This document shows positions 49,260-58,430 of a DNA stretch of 64,000 bases, piece after piece. The notes under the pieces were generated by a model. It was given only the letters and a program-made list of their open reading frames with translations. It ran no database searches and had not been told where the DNA came from. How positions within the stretch are numbered: the first letter of the stretch is position 1; each line of letters opens with the position of its first letter. The position numbers were made by a program, and so were the translations under genes. Source of the stretch: Candidatus Nomurabacteria bacterium RIFCSPLOWO2_01_FULL_39_18 (GTDB taxonomy: Bacteria; Patescibacteriota; Minisyncoccia; Phycocordibacterales; UBA9973). Location of the stretch: contig MFUV01000004.1 of NCBI GenBank assembly GCA_001787005.1, positions 911-64,910 of the forward strand. The letters are read 5' to 3'.

Positions 49260-51395
49260 TTACTTCGCAATCTGGGTTGCTTCTTCAAATTTAATGGAGA
49301 GGAGTTTGGAGGCGCCGTTACTGCCCACTGTTACGCCATAGAGTATGTCGGCGCGGGACATCGTTTCGCGATTGTGGGTAACGACGATAAGCTGGGAATG
49401 TTTTGAAAGTTTCTCTAGCATGTCTCCGTATTTGCGTGAATTCGCCTCATCGAGTGCAGCGTCTGTCTCGTCGAGCACTAAGAAGGGCGGCGGGTTAACC
49501 TGTGACATGGCAAAGAGTAGCGCGATGGATGTGAGCGACCTCTCTCCGCCCGAGAGCGCATGAAGTTCTTTGACCTTTTTGTGCGGAAGTGAAACATTAA
49601 TTTCTATCCCTTGCTCGGGGGCGGTCTCTTCTTCATTTTCTATTTCCACTTCCTCTTCGTCTAAATCAGATGGAGCGTTTCTCTTCCTCTTATTTTCCAC
49701 AACAATCTTCAGGGACCCGTGTCCCCCGCCAAACATTAGGGTAAAAAATTCTTGAAACTCCACATTTATTTTCTTGATGCCTTCTTGGAATTCCATGTCA
49801 ATCTTTTCTTTTAAATCCAATATAAGCTTCTGTAGCAAATCAATGCTTTTAGTTAAATCCTCCATCTCTTTCGCCAAAAACCCGTCTCTCTCTGAAACTT
49901 CTTTAAATTCTTTCATAACTTCCGCTCCACTGCCGAGGCCTGCATCCTCTAGTTTTATTTTTAACCGTTCAATCTTTTTCCTCAATTCTTCCTGAACACT
50001 CTCTTCGCCCCCATTTTCTATCTTGTGATTTTTATATGACAAAATTTCTTCCCCCACAAGCGCAATGCCCTCTTTTATCTCTCGTTCAAAAGCTTCATTT
50101 CTGCTTCGTAAATTTCCTTCTTTAATGTTTATGAGTTCTAGCTGGGAAGTTAGTTCTTGGTGCTTAACTTTCCAAGTAAATTTCTCTCGTTCAAGATCAC
50201 GCAGAGTTTCCATTTCTTTATCAATCGCTTGTTTTAAGCTTTCTGCCGATTCTGCTCCCCTCACCTCTTCCACTTCTAGATTTTTCATCCCGGCGACAAC
50301 TTCCTGTTGTGAGTTTTTTAATTCTTCTAATTCCTTCTCTCCCTGTTGTCGCTTTTCTATTTGCTCCGGGTGCATCTCTTTGATTTCATTACCACAAAGC
50401 GGACATCTGCCAGAAAGTTTTACCTTATTTTCTTTTGATTCTAGCATCCCCTCTATTCGTCCGAGTTTTCTTTCCATTTCATTTTTGAGCGCGCGAATTT
50501 CGTTGATCTTTTTCTCAATAGCTCGAAGCTCTTCTATTTTTCGATTGCCTCCCCTAGAATTTTCATCTTCAGTGAGAGAAATTTTTTTGGCAACACTGGC
50601 AAGCTCGACAGAAATTTTATTTTTCTCTTTTGTTAAATTAGACTTTTCTTTTTCTAGGTAAACACTTTCTTTCTTCAAATATTCACGATAAAGCCCTGCG
50701 AGCTCTGCCTGCATTTCCTTGGCCTTTTCAAATTTCTCTACTTGTTTCTTAAGAAAATTAAGATGCGGAGCATTCTCTCGGCGAAGCATCGTCACCTCTT
50801 TCATATTTTCTTCTGTGCGTTCGAGCTTCCTTTCAGATTCTTTTATCTTGTATTGATAAATTTTGAGCCCCAATGCGTCTTCCACCATCTCGCGTCTTTC
50901 TTTCATATTTGCATTCAAAATTCTGTCCGCCTCGCCCTGCGAAATGATGTGGTGCCCAGAAGAGCCAATGTTGACTGAAGCCAGGAGATTGTGAATATCT
51001 TTCAGCCTGACTTCTCCCCCATTTAAACTATATTTATTGAGTCCATCTGGAAAAACCTCGCGAGAAATGCTGATGGTGTCGTAATTCAAGTTTACATTTT
51101 CTCCTTCACTATTTGAAAGTTTGAAAACTTTGTCAGAATTATTGAAATAAATTTTAACTATTGCATGGTTTCCCTTGGGCAAACTCTTTGATCCCTTGAA
51201 AATTAAATCCGAGCCAGTTTTGCCCCGCATCGACTTCATCGACTGCTCACCTAGGACATAGCGTATTGCCTCTACTACATTTGATTTCCCGGAGCCATTT
51301 GGCCCCACAATAGAAACTATGGGATTATTGAACTCTAAAAGACTTTTCTGGTGGAAAGATTTAAAGCCGTTTATTTCCAGGGTTTTCAGTCGCAT
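49260..51395 (-). CDS. smc: Short SMC-family ATPase
   Basis: GFKSF, GPNGSGKSN, ISQG, LSGGE, LDETDAALD, VTH; 711 aa; next to rnc. Confidence 0.88.
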   Translation of the reverse strand: MRLKTLEINGFKSFHQKSLLEFNNPIVSIVGPNGSGKSNVVEAIRYVLGEQSMKSMRGKTGSDLIFKGSKSLPKGNHAIVKIYFNNSDKVFKLSNSEGENVNLNYDTISISREVFPDGLNKYSLNGGEVRLKDIHNLLASVNIGSSGHHIISQGEADRILNANMKERREMVEDALGLKIYQYKIKESERKLERTEENMKEVTMLRRENAPHLNFLKKQVEKFEKAKEMQAELAGLYREYLKKESVYLEKEKSNLTKEKNKISVELASVAKKISLTEDENSRGGNRKIEELRAIEKKINEIRALKNEMERKLGRIEGMLESKENKVKLSGRCPLCGNEIKEMHPEQIEKRQQGEKELEELKNSQQEVVAGMKNLEVEEVRGAESAESLKQAIDKEMETLRDLEREKFTWKVKHQELTSQLELINIKEGNLRSRNEAFEREIKEGIALVGEEILSYKNHKIENGGEESVQEELRKKIERLKIKLEDAGLGSGAEVMKEFKEVSERDGFLAKEMEDLTKSIDLLQKLILDLKEKIDMEFQEGIKKINVEFQEFFTLMFGGGHGSLKIVVENKRKRNAPSDLDEEEVEIENEEETAPEQGIEINVSLPHKKVKELHALSGGERSLTSIALLFAMSQVNPPPFLVLDETDAALDEANSRKYGDMLEKLSKHSQLIVVTHNRETMSRADILYGVTVGSNGASKLLSIKFEEATQIAK

Positions 51396-51410
51396 GGTGA
51401 AAAGTATACC

Positions 51411-52106
51411 CTAATCCATCCAATTTTTCACCTTTAATGCAGATTCTGCGGCCTTTTGTTCCGCCTCCTGCTTTGATTTGCCCTTGCCTTCAGCAATCAA
51501 ATTGGGTCCGAAATAAATGCCGACGGTAAAATGCTTATCATGGTCGGGTCCCGACTCGTTCAATACTTTATAGGCGGGCGTAACATTCACAAATTCTTGC
51601 GCCTTTTCTTGTACTAGAGACTTTGCATCACGCCAGAGCTTTTTATTCACTATTTCGGTCGTTTTGGGCAGAAGTGTTTGATGCACAAATTTATCTACTG
51701 CATCATAGCCCTGATCTAGATATAAAGCTCCGATGTATGCTTCATAAGTATTTGCTAAAATATATTGCCTCGCCTTGCCATTATCCTTTGCCTCACCTTT
51801 AGACAAAAGCAAATAATCATTCATCCCGATGTTCAGAGCTGTTTCAGAGATAATAACGGCATTAACGAGCGACGAACGCACTGCGGTTAATTCTCCCTCC
51901 GTATAACTCGGATATTTTTTATAAAGAAAATCTGTAACGATTAATTCGAGCACAGCATCACCCAAGAATTCTAGTCGTTCATTATGGGAAAGAGAAGTTG
52001 CCGGATTTTCATTGATATAAGAACGATGCGTGAAAGCTTGCCGGAGCAATTCTTTATTTTTGAAAACTATTTTTGTCTTTTTCTCAAAATCTGAAAAATT
52101 AATCAT
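51411..52106 (-). CDS. rnc: Ribonuclease III
   Basis: NERLEFLGDAVL, dsRNA-binding domain. Confidence 0.97.
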   Translation of the reverse strand: MINFSDFEKKTKIVFKNKELLRQAFTHRSYINENPATSLSHNERLEFLGDAVLELIVTDFLYKKYPSYTEGELTAVRSSLVNAVIISETALNIGMNDYLLLSKGEAKDNGKARQYILANTYEAYIGALYLDQGYDAVDKFVHQTLLPKTTEIVNKKLWRDAKSLVQEKAQEFVNVTPAYKVLNESGPDHDKHFTVGIYFGPNLIAEGKGKSKQEAEQKAAESALKVKNWMD

Positions 52107-52150
52107 ATCTTTGCTTTTTATCTTATAAAATTACGAACCTTTTCTACTCA

Positions 52151-53080
52151 TCATTTTTTACTTAAAATTTCAACCGCTTTGCTAATCAATGGAATGATAT
52201 CGTTGTAAATACGAAGGTCTGGCAATTCCCGCAAATGAAACCATTTGGCTCCGTCTAAGCCCCCGGACTTTTCAAGCATCAACTCTCTGTAATCGCTCTT
52301 AGCTAAAAAATACGCGACTTTCTTCAGACTTTTCCCTTTTTCTGGGTGTGTCGCCACATATTCATTCTCTCCGAGCTTTTTTTCTATTCTGATATCAAGT
52401 CCAATTTCTTCTTTTATTTTTCTCTTAGTGCCCTCTTCTATATTCTCATTAACGTCAACTTTCCCTTTTGAAAGAGTCCAATAACCGAAAACATCATGCA
52501 CCAATGCAAATAAAATATCTTCTCCCTCTATGGTGTATACCAAAGCGCCACCTAAGTTCTCAACTGGCAATTTAGTAATATCGAGCGGTTCTCTTTTTGC
52601 CACAGAATCTTTTCTTTTACTCACTTGTTCCTTGCCAGGCTCGCCAATTTCCTTGTAGACTGCGCCCAGCACGCCATTGATAAACTTGCCAGAGTTCTCT
52701 CCGCCGAAAGTTTTCGCCAATTCTATGGCTTCGTTGATTGCCACTTTTGGAGGCACTTGCGCTCTATCGCTGAAAAGAAGCTCCGTTAAGCCGATCCTCA
52801 AAATATTCCTGTCCACAACAGATATTTTGTCTATCGGCCAGTCTGGCGCAGCCTTTTCTATTATTTCATCTATGACTTTATGCTTCGCTAATATTGCCTC
52901 TATCAGCGAGGACACAAAGTTATCATCTTCCAGCCCAGGAGCAAATTCTTTTAAGTTTCTATTCAATATTTCCTGAATCTTGTCATTCTTAGAATTTTCA
53001 TCTTTCTCTGAAGCAGGCAGGAAATCCCATTCAAAAAGAGTCTGAAGTACTATTGATCTTGAAAGGTGCCTATTTGCCAT
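52151..53080 (-). CDS. nusB: NusB fused to a C-terminal NUDIX-like domain
   Basis: DRNILR, VAINEAIELAK, FINGVL; then WTLSKGK...EEIG. Confidence 0.9.
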   Translation of the reverse strand: MANRHLSRSIVLQTLFEWDFLPASEKDENSKNDKIQEILNRNLKEFAPGLEDDNFVSSLIEAILAKHKVIDEIIEKAAPDWPIDKISVVDRNILRIGLTELLFSDRAQVPPKVAINEAIELAKTFGGENSGKFINGVLGAVYKEIGEPGKEQVSKRKDSVAKREPLDITKLPVENLGGALVYTIEGEDILFALVHDVFGYWTLSKGKVDVNENIEEGTKRKIKEEIGLDIRIEKKLGENEYVATHPEKGKSLKKVAYFLAKSDYRELMLEKSGGLDGAKWFHLRELPDLRIYNDIIPLISKAVEILSKK

Positions 53081-53104
53081 AAAATCATGAACAATTTATC
53101 AACA

Positions 53105-53175
53105 CACCTCACCCCCGTCCCCTCTCCTTGTCAAGGAGAGGGGTGCCCAGAGACTTTCTGGGCGGGGTGAGGTTT
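53105..53175. repeat. Intergenic REP-like hairpin, same family as the tgt/rnr/pheT insertions
   Basis: CCCCTCTCCTTGTCAAGGAGAGGGG nested in CCTCACCCC...GGGGTGAGG. Confidence 0.75.
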
Positions 53176-53402
53176 TATTTTGCTTCAGCCGCTTTCGCTT
53201 TCTCTTTTTTCTGTTTCTTTTCCGCTTTTTTGACTAAATCTAAAACTTTTTTGCCTCGGTAAAATCCGCAAGATACACAAACTATGTGGCGTCTTTTCAA
53301 AGCCCCGCAATTTTCGCACTTACTAAAACTCGTACTCTCCAGAGCGTGGTGAGATCGTCTGTTTTTCGTATGCGATTTTGTATGCCTCATTCGGACTACC
53401 AT
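53175..53402 (-). CDS. rpmF: 50S ribosomal protein L32
   Basis: RRSHHAL, CENCG...HIVCVSCGFYRG. Confidence 0.95.
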   Translation of the reverse strand: MVVRMRHTKSHTKNRRSHHALESTSFSKCENCGALKRRHIVCVSCGFYRGKKVLDLVKKAEKKQKKEKAKAAEAK

Positions 53403-53494
53403 AATGAGAACATACTAGCACATTATGAACGAAAAGCAATTTGATTTGACATATCTCTCTTTATATGTTAGTTTTTTAGCCGAGGAGTGCTCCC

Positions 53495-53680
53495 ATGAAA
53501 ATTCTGCAGTCCGGAGAGATCCGGCATAAGGGTTCGAAACAAGTTTTCTACTGGCAGTTGGTGGAGGAAGATGGACTGCCGACGAAGACCGAAGGGATGG
53601 ACCACCCCTTCTGCCGGGAAATAGTGGAACCGCCCCCAACCATCACTGTCCGCCACCCGGACGAAATAGTTGATAAGTAG
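53495..53680 (+). CDS. Small hypothetical protein
   Basis: GAGGAG Shine-Dalgarno upstream; terminator-like hairpin at 53711-53760. Confidence 0.4.
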   Translation: MKILQSGEIRHKGSKQVFYWQLVEEDGLPTKTEGMDHPFCREIVEPPPTITVRHPDEIVDK

Positions 53681-53801
53681 GAGAGCATAGTGTGCCATCC
53701 TACATTACACACCCGCCCGGGTGGGAGAGACTCGTTCTCGCCGCCGGACGGGTTTTCTCTTTGCGGATTGAAAAATTTTTTGAAAAATAAAAAAATATGC
53801 T

Positions 53802-55055
53802 ATGATGAATAATATGAAAAATGAAATGGATGAAAATGACCATAGGGTTATAGGCAAGGAGCTCGACCTCTTTACATTTTCCGAGCTTGTTGGACCTGGT
53901 CTTCCGCTATGGACACCTAGGGGTACTATTTTACGAGAAGAACTAGATAAGTTCGTTTGGCAACTTAGAACAAAGCATGGATACGAAAAAGTAACGATAC
54001 CGCATATTACGAAGCGTGAATTATACGAGATCTCGGGACATTGGGATAAATTTTCTGATGATCTATTTTGCATCACATCCCGCGAAGGAAAAGAATATGC
54101 TTTAAAACCGATGAGTTGCCCTCACCACACACAGATTTTTTCACGCAAACAACATTCATACAGAGAAATGCCACAGCGATATGCAGAAACTACTATGGTT
54201 TATCGTGATGAGCAATCTGGAGAACTCGCGGGCCTGACTCGCGTGTTGTCTATTACACAAGATGATGCTCATGTTTTTTGCAGGCACACTCAAGTCAAAG
54301 AAGAATTTTTTAAAATATGGGATATTGTGGATGATTTTTATCAAGCTTTTGGATTTGAATTGAGCGCGCGCCTTTCATTTCGTGATCCAGGGAATCAAGA
54401 AAAATATTTGGGTACTACAGAAATTTGGGATGAAGCGGAAAACATTCTTCGAAAAATTGCGGAAGAACGCAAAGATAATTATTTCGAGGGGCCTGGTGAA
54501 GCTGCGCTGTATGGTCCGAAATTGGATTTCATGGCTAAAAATTCTGCCGGACGAGAAATGCAAGTAGCCACTATTCAACTGGACATGAATTTACCAGAAA
54601 GATTTGATTTAACTTGTATAAACGAAAAGGGAGAGAAAGAAAGAATCGTGATGATCCATGCGGCAATCATGGGATCAATCGAAAGATTTTTGGCTGTTTT
54701 AATCGAGCACTATGCTGGCGCCTTCCCTCTCTGGCTCTCACCAGTGCAAGTCAAAGTCATTCCCGTGCGCACCAATCACAACGAATACGCAAAAAAGGTT
54801 TTTGAATTATTGAAGGAAAATAATATCCGTGCAGAACTGGATGATGCAGACGAAAACTTGGGCTCAAAAGTCCGCGATGCAAAGACAAATAAAATTCCCT
54901 ATTGGATAGTGGTAGGCGACAAAGAAATAAAAGCCGACAAAATCACTCTCGAATCCCGCCTGCCTGCGCAGGCAGGCGACTCTGGTCAACTCGGCCAAAT
55001 GTCAAAAGAGGAATTAGTGAAGAAACTTTCAGAAGATATAAAGAATAAGAAATAA
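53802..55055 (+). CDS. thrS: Threonine--tRNA ligase lacking the N-terminal TGS/editing domains
   Basis: DHRVIGKELDLF, LKPMSCPHH, QDDAH, YGPKLD, GSIERF. Confidence 0.95.
   Translation: MMNNMKNEMDENDHRVIGKELDLFTFSELVGPGLPLWTPRGTILREELDKFVWQLRTKHGYEKVTIPHITKRELYEISGHWDKFSDDLFCITSREGKEYALKPMSCPHHTQIFSRKQHSYREMPQRYAETTMVYRDEQSGELAGLTRVLSITQDDAHVFCRHTQVKEEFFKIWDIVDDFYQAFGFELSARLSFRDPGNQEKYLGTTEIWDEAENILRKIAEERKDNYFEGPGEAALYGPKLDFMAKNSAGREMQVATIQLDMNLPERFDLTCINEKGEKERIVMIHAAIMGSIERFLAVLIEHYAGAFPLWLSPVQVKVIPVRTNHNEYAKKVFELLKENNIRAELDDADENLGSKVRDAKTNKIPYWIVVGDKEIKADKITLESRLPAQAGDSGQLGQMSKEELVKKLSEDIKNKK
54959..54976. repeat. 18-bp perfect palindrome in frame in thrS (LPAQAG)
   Basis: CCTGCCTGCGCAGGCAGG. 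Confidence 0.8.
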
Positions 55056-55078
55056 ACCCAACTAGTTTCTCAAGATCT

Positions 55079-55591
55079 ATGTTTAAAGAACAACAGCCAC
55101 CAACAAACCCAAACGAACAATTCAGTCAGTTAATGAACCTACTCGCTGATAGACCCGACTTAAAACAAAAAATGGTTCCTGATATTCTTTTAATTCAAGA
55201 ATTAGCGCCAGAACTAGAGAGAAAAGTTTTACAGATAGCAAGTGGCTTTTACGGAAAGATAAACTGTAATGGGACATCAGTCTATTTAATAGGATTGACA
55301 GAAAAACCTATGAGGGTAAGCCCGATTAAAGAAATGATCGAATACTTAAAATCGATGACGCGAAATAAAGAATTGTTACCAGGAAGTTTGGTCTGCTATA
55401 CCGCCCATCCAGGTCTTGGAGAAGTATATGTACCTCATTCCGGAATTTTATTTTTATCAAAAAGTGGTGAACAATTAGTGCTTCATAAACCTAGTTACGA
55501 AGATCCTCTAAAAATTGAACCCATCGAAAAAGCATTTGACTTAAAAAATGTAAGAGGTGCTGGAGAATTGGAATCTTATTCTTTAAAATAA
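55079..55591 (+). CDS. Hypothetical protein, possible papain-like/NlpC-P60 Cys-His fold
   Basis: NCNG...PGSLVCY...HSGI spacing. Confidence 0.5.
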   Translation: MFKEQQPPTNPNEQFSQLMNLLADRPDLKQKMVPDILLIQELAPELERKVLQIASGFYGKINCNGTSVYLIGLTEKPMRVSPIKEMIEYLKSMTRNKELLPGSLVCYTAHPGLGEVYVPHSGILFLSKSGEQLVLHKPSYEDPLKIEPIEKAFDLKNVRGAGELESYSLK

Positions 55592-55615
55592 TTAGTGGCT
55601 GGAAGTTAAGCCATG

Positions 55616-55651
55616 TGTTTACTGTACTAACGACCGTTAGTTAAGTAAACA
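55616..55651. repeat. 36-bp palindrome type B, downstream of PaaX/Cas2-like gene B
   Basis: TGTTTACTGTACTAACGACCGTTAGTTAAGTAAACA. Confidence 0.85.
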
Positions 55652-55668
55652 TTATATAAATTAAAATA

Positions 55669-56247
55669 TCAAAAATTTTCCATCTTTTTTAATGTACCCG
55701 TTTTCCCTATTTCAAAGATTTCAACAAATTCTATTATTTTCAAAAGTTCTAAATCTAAGATAAATTCGTGAGGAATTTTAACTTTTCCAATCCAAACGCT
55801 TTTGTGAACCATTCCAAACTGAAGATTTTTAACAACCTCCCTAAGCCAATTGCGCTTTCGGCGAAGTTTTTCCGGAATATCAAAACTTATGATAACTAAA
55901 CCTCTCTGATTTTCTGTTTGATAATGCCGGTCAGGCAGGTTGTTTTTTAAATCCAAAATTTTCTTCCTACCCGCGTTAGAAATCGTAAGTTTATTCTTCA
56001 CTTCCTTTATAAGCCCATCATGTTTGAGTTTAGATATAAATACTTGTAGTCGTCTTCTTCTTTTTCTTAAATCCTCTTCATTATATTTTCTGAATTCAGA
56101 AACTCGCTGGCACTTTCGGTATTCATAATCAATTTTATTCATACTCGCACCATAACCACTGGCCAATACAGCCTCAAAGAAGTCGATCTGACTGATAACA
56201 CCATCTTTAAGTATCTCAAGCGCTTTTAGTAAAATTTTTCCTCTCAT
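55669..56247 (-). CDS. PaaX-like regulator with Cas2-like C-terminal domain (gene B)
   Basis: LKHDGLI...ISNAG wHTH; IISFDIPEKLRRKRNWLR...HKSVW. Confidence 0.8.
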   Translation of the reverse strand: MRGKILLKALEILKDGVISQIDFFEAVLASGYGASMNKIDYEYRKCQRVSEFRKYNEEDLRKRRRRLQVFISKLKHDGLIKEVKNKLTISNAGRKKILDLKNNLPDRHYQTENQRGLVIISFDIPEKLRRKRNWLREVVKNLQFGMVHKSVWIGKVKIPHEFILDLELLKIIEFVEIFEIGKTGTLKKMENF

Positions 56248-56253
56248 ACTTAA

Positions 56254-56289
56254 AGTTTACCATACTGACGACCGTTAGTATAGTAAACA
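56254..56289. promoter_or_regulatory. 36-bp palindrome type B overlapping the -10 box of gene B
   Basis: AGTTTACCATACTGACGACCGTTAGTATAGTAAACA, 30/36 identical to the downstream copy; minus strand TGGTAAACT 6 nt before the ATG. Confidence 0.85.
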
Positions 56290-56296
56290 TATAAAA

Positions 56297-58411
56297 TTAT
56301 ATGTCAATCTCCGCGAGCTTGGCATTAGATTGAATAAAAGATTTTCGGGGTGGGACTTCGGAGCCCATAAGGATGTTGAAAATTTTGTTGGCTTCTTCGG
56401 CGTCGTCAATATTTACTTTTTTGAGTACTCGATGTGCTGGATCCATCGTTGTCTCCCAGAGTTCCTCTGGATTCATTTCTCCGAGACCCTTGAAACGCTG
56501 AATGTGAATTCTTGCCCCGTTAGAAGCAGGCTTCCCAGAGGAAGCCACAGATTCTAATGGGGTTGTTTGATCTTCATTTTCAGGTTCATTTTCTATCTCA
56601 TTAATCTCGCTCACTTCCGCGCCTTTACCAATAATTTTTAATTTTTCATCATCTGTATAGGCATAAGATATTTCTTTGCCTTTTTTAATTTTATAAAGCG
56701 GCGGCTGGGCAATATAAATATACCCCGCATCGATCACTTGTCTGAAGTATCGGTAAAAAAGTGTCAAGAGTAAAGTACGAATGTGCGAACCATCTACATC
56801 TGCATCAGTCGCAATGATTATTTTATGATAACGTATTTTTCCCAGATCAAAGGTATCCCCGATCGAAGTACCGAGCGCAATAACCAGAGACTTCACTTCT
56901 CTAGAAGCAAGCATCTTGTCTATGCGTGCACGCTCAACATTCAAAATTTTACCTCGCAGTGGAAGTATCGCTTGGGTACGGCGGTCTCTACCCTGCTTGG
57001 CACTGCCCCCAGCGGAATCTCCCTCCACTAAGAAAAGTTCCGATTCAGAAGCATTTTTTGTCTGACAATCTGCTAGTTTACCCGGAAGGGTCATGCCCTC
57101 GAGCGCGCCTTTGCGGAGTATTGAATCTTTCGCAGCCTTGGCGGCTTTGCGAGCCTTGAGCGCTAAAATAGATTTATTTATTATCGCTTTTGCATCGTCG
57201 GGGCTTTCCTCGAGGAAGCTGGCAAATGCTTCACCGAAGACCGTTGCCACAGCCCCCTGAGCCTCCATGCTTCCAAGCTTTGATTTGGTTTGTCCCTCAA
57301 ATTGAATTTCACGAAGTTTGACAGAAATAGCCACTGTGAGTCCTTCTAAGACATCTTCCCCTGTAAATCCACCTTCGGACTCCTTCATCATTTCCCGCTT
57401 CTTGCAATAAGTATTAAGGGTTCTAGTCAGGGCGGTTTTGAAACCAGTCACATGCGTACCACCTTCGGGGGTGTTGATATTGTTGGCGAAAGGAACAATG
57501 CGATCAACTATGTCGTCAACATATTGAAGAGCAATCTCCACGCCCACGCCGTCCGACTCTTTCTCAACATAAAAAATATTATCCTGTATAGGCTTTTGTA
57601 ATTTATTATAATATTTAATCAGAGAAATTAATCCTCCTTCGAAATAGAAAGAAGTGGAAGGAAGTTCTACTCCAAGCTCTCTAAAATAGAAAACGTCATC
57701 TTCATTTAAACCTTTTTTGCCTGCCTGCGCAGACAGGTTGTCCCACTCTCTCGCGTCAATAACCAAAATTTTCAGCCCTTTGACTAGGTACGCCTGCTGG
57801 CGGATATGATTTACTATTGTATGCCAATCAAATTTAATATCTTTGAAAATTTCTTCATCCGGCTCGAAAGTAATGATGGTGCCGTGGAGTTTAGAAGCGC
57901 CATTTTTTGTAACTTTAGACTTTTTCTTTCCTTTTGAATACTCTTGCACATATCTGCCTCCATCTCTATGCACTTCCGCTCTGCAGTATATAGAAAGAGC
58001 ATTAACGACAGATGCGCCCACTCCATGGAGACCACCGGAAACTTTATATCCACTATTCTCTCCGCCGAATTTTCCTCCAGCATGAAGAGTCGTCATAACT
58101 GTCTCAAGCGCGGAAACTTTTGTCTTCTTGTGCGTATCGACAGGTATGCCCCGGCCATTGTCCGCTACGCGAATACGATTGTGAGGAAGAAGCACAATTT
58201 CAATATTATTACAAAACCCCCCCATCGCCTCATCACGCGAATTGTCAAAAATCTCCCACACTAAATGATGAAGCCCTTCCGGGCCTGTTGTGCCAATATA
58301 CATGCCAGGACGCCTTCTCACGGGCTCTAGCCCCTCTAAAACAGAGATATCTGAAGCGTCGTAGTGGTGTCCATTTCCGCTCTTTTTACCCTCTTCTTTC
58401 TCCTTTGCCAT
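56297..58411 (-). CDS. gyrB: DNA gyrase subunit B
   Basis: RPGMYIG, DNGRGIP, GGLHGVG, EGDSAGG, TDADVDG, RFKGLGEM. Confidence 0.96.
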   Translation of the reverse strand: MAKEKEEGKKSGNGHHYDASDISVLEGLEPVRRRPGMYIGTTGPEGLHHLVWEIFDNSRDEAMGGFCNNIEIVLLPHNRIRVADNGRGIPVDTHKKTKVSALETVMTTLHAGGKFGGENSGYKVSGGLHGVGASVVNALSIYCRAEVHRDGGRYVQEYSKGKKKSKVTKNGASKLHGTIITFEPDEEIFKDIKFDWHTIVNHIRQQAYLVKGLKILVIDAREWDNLSAQAGKKGLNEDDVFYFRELGVELPSTSFYFEGGLISLIKYYNKLQKPIQDNIFYVEKESDGVGVEIALQYVDDIVDRIVPFANNINTPEGGTHVTGFKTALTRTLNTYCKKREMMKESEGGFTGEDVLEGLTVAISVKLREIQFEGQTKSKLGSMEAQGAVATVFGEAFASFLEESPDDAKAIINKSILALKARKAAKAAKDSILRKGALEGMTLPGKLADCQTKNASESELFLVEGDSAGGSAKQGRDRRTQAILPLRGKILNVERARIDKMLASREVKSLVIALGTSIGDTFDLGKIRYHKIIIATDADVDGSHIRTLLLTLFYRYFRQVIDAGYIYIAQPPLYKIKKGKEISYAYTDDEKLKIIGKGAEVSEINEIENEPENEDQTTPLESVASSGKPASNGARIHIQRFKGLGEMNPEELWETTMDPAHRVLKKVNIDDAEEANKIFNILMGSEVPPRKSFIQSNAKLAEIDI
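56515..56572. mobile_element. CCCGTTAGAA-type element, copy 3, in frame in gyrB
   Basis: CCCCGTTAGAA...TTCTAATGGGG; encodes TPLESVASSGKPASNGA. Confidence 0.7.
57720..57737. repeat. 18-bp palindrome in frame in gyrB (LSAQAG)
   Basis: CCTGCCTGCGCAGACAGG. Confidence 0.8.
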
Positions 58412-58430
58412 GGGGTAATTATATCAGATT

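Noticed and set aside
53615-53760. T-box upstream of thrS (AGTGGAACCGCC plus terminator)
   Set aside because: The motif is imperfect, lies about 80 nt from the hairpin and inside a small ORF with a good Shine-Dalgarno; no antiterminator pairing was evident
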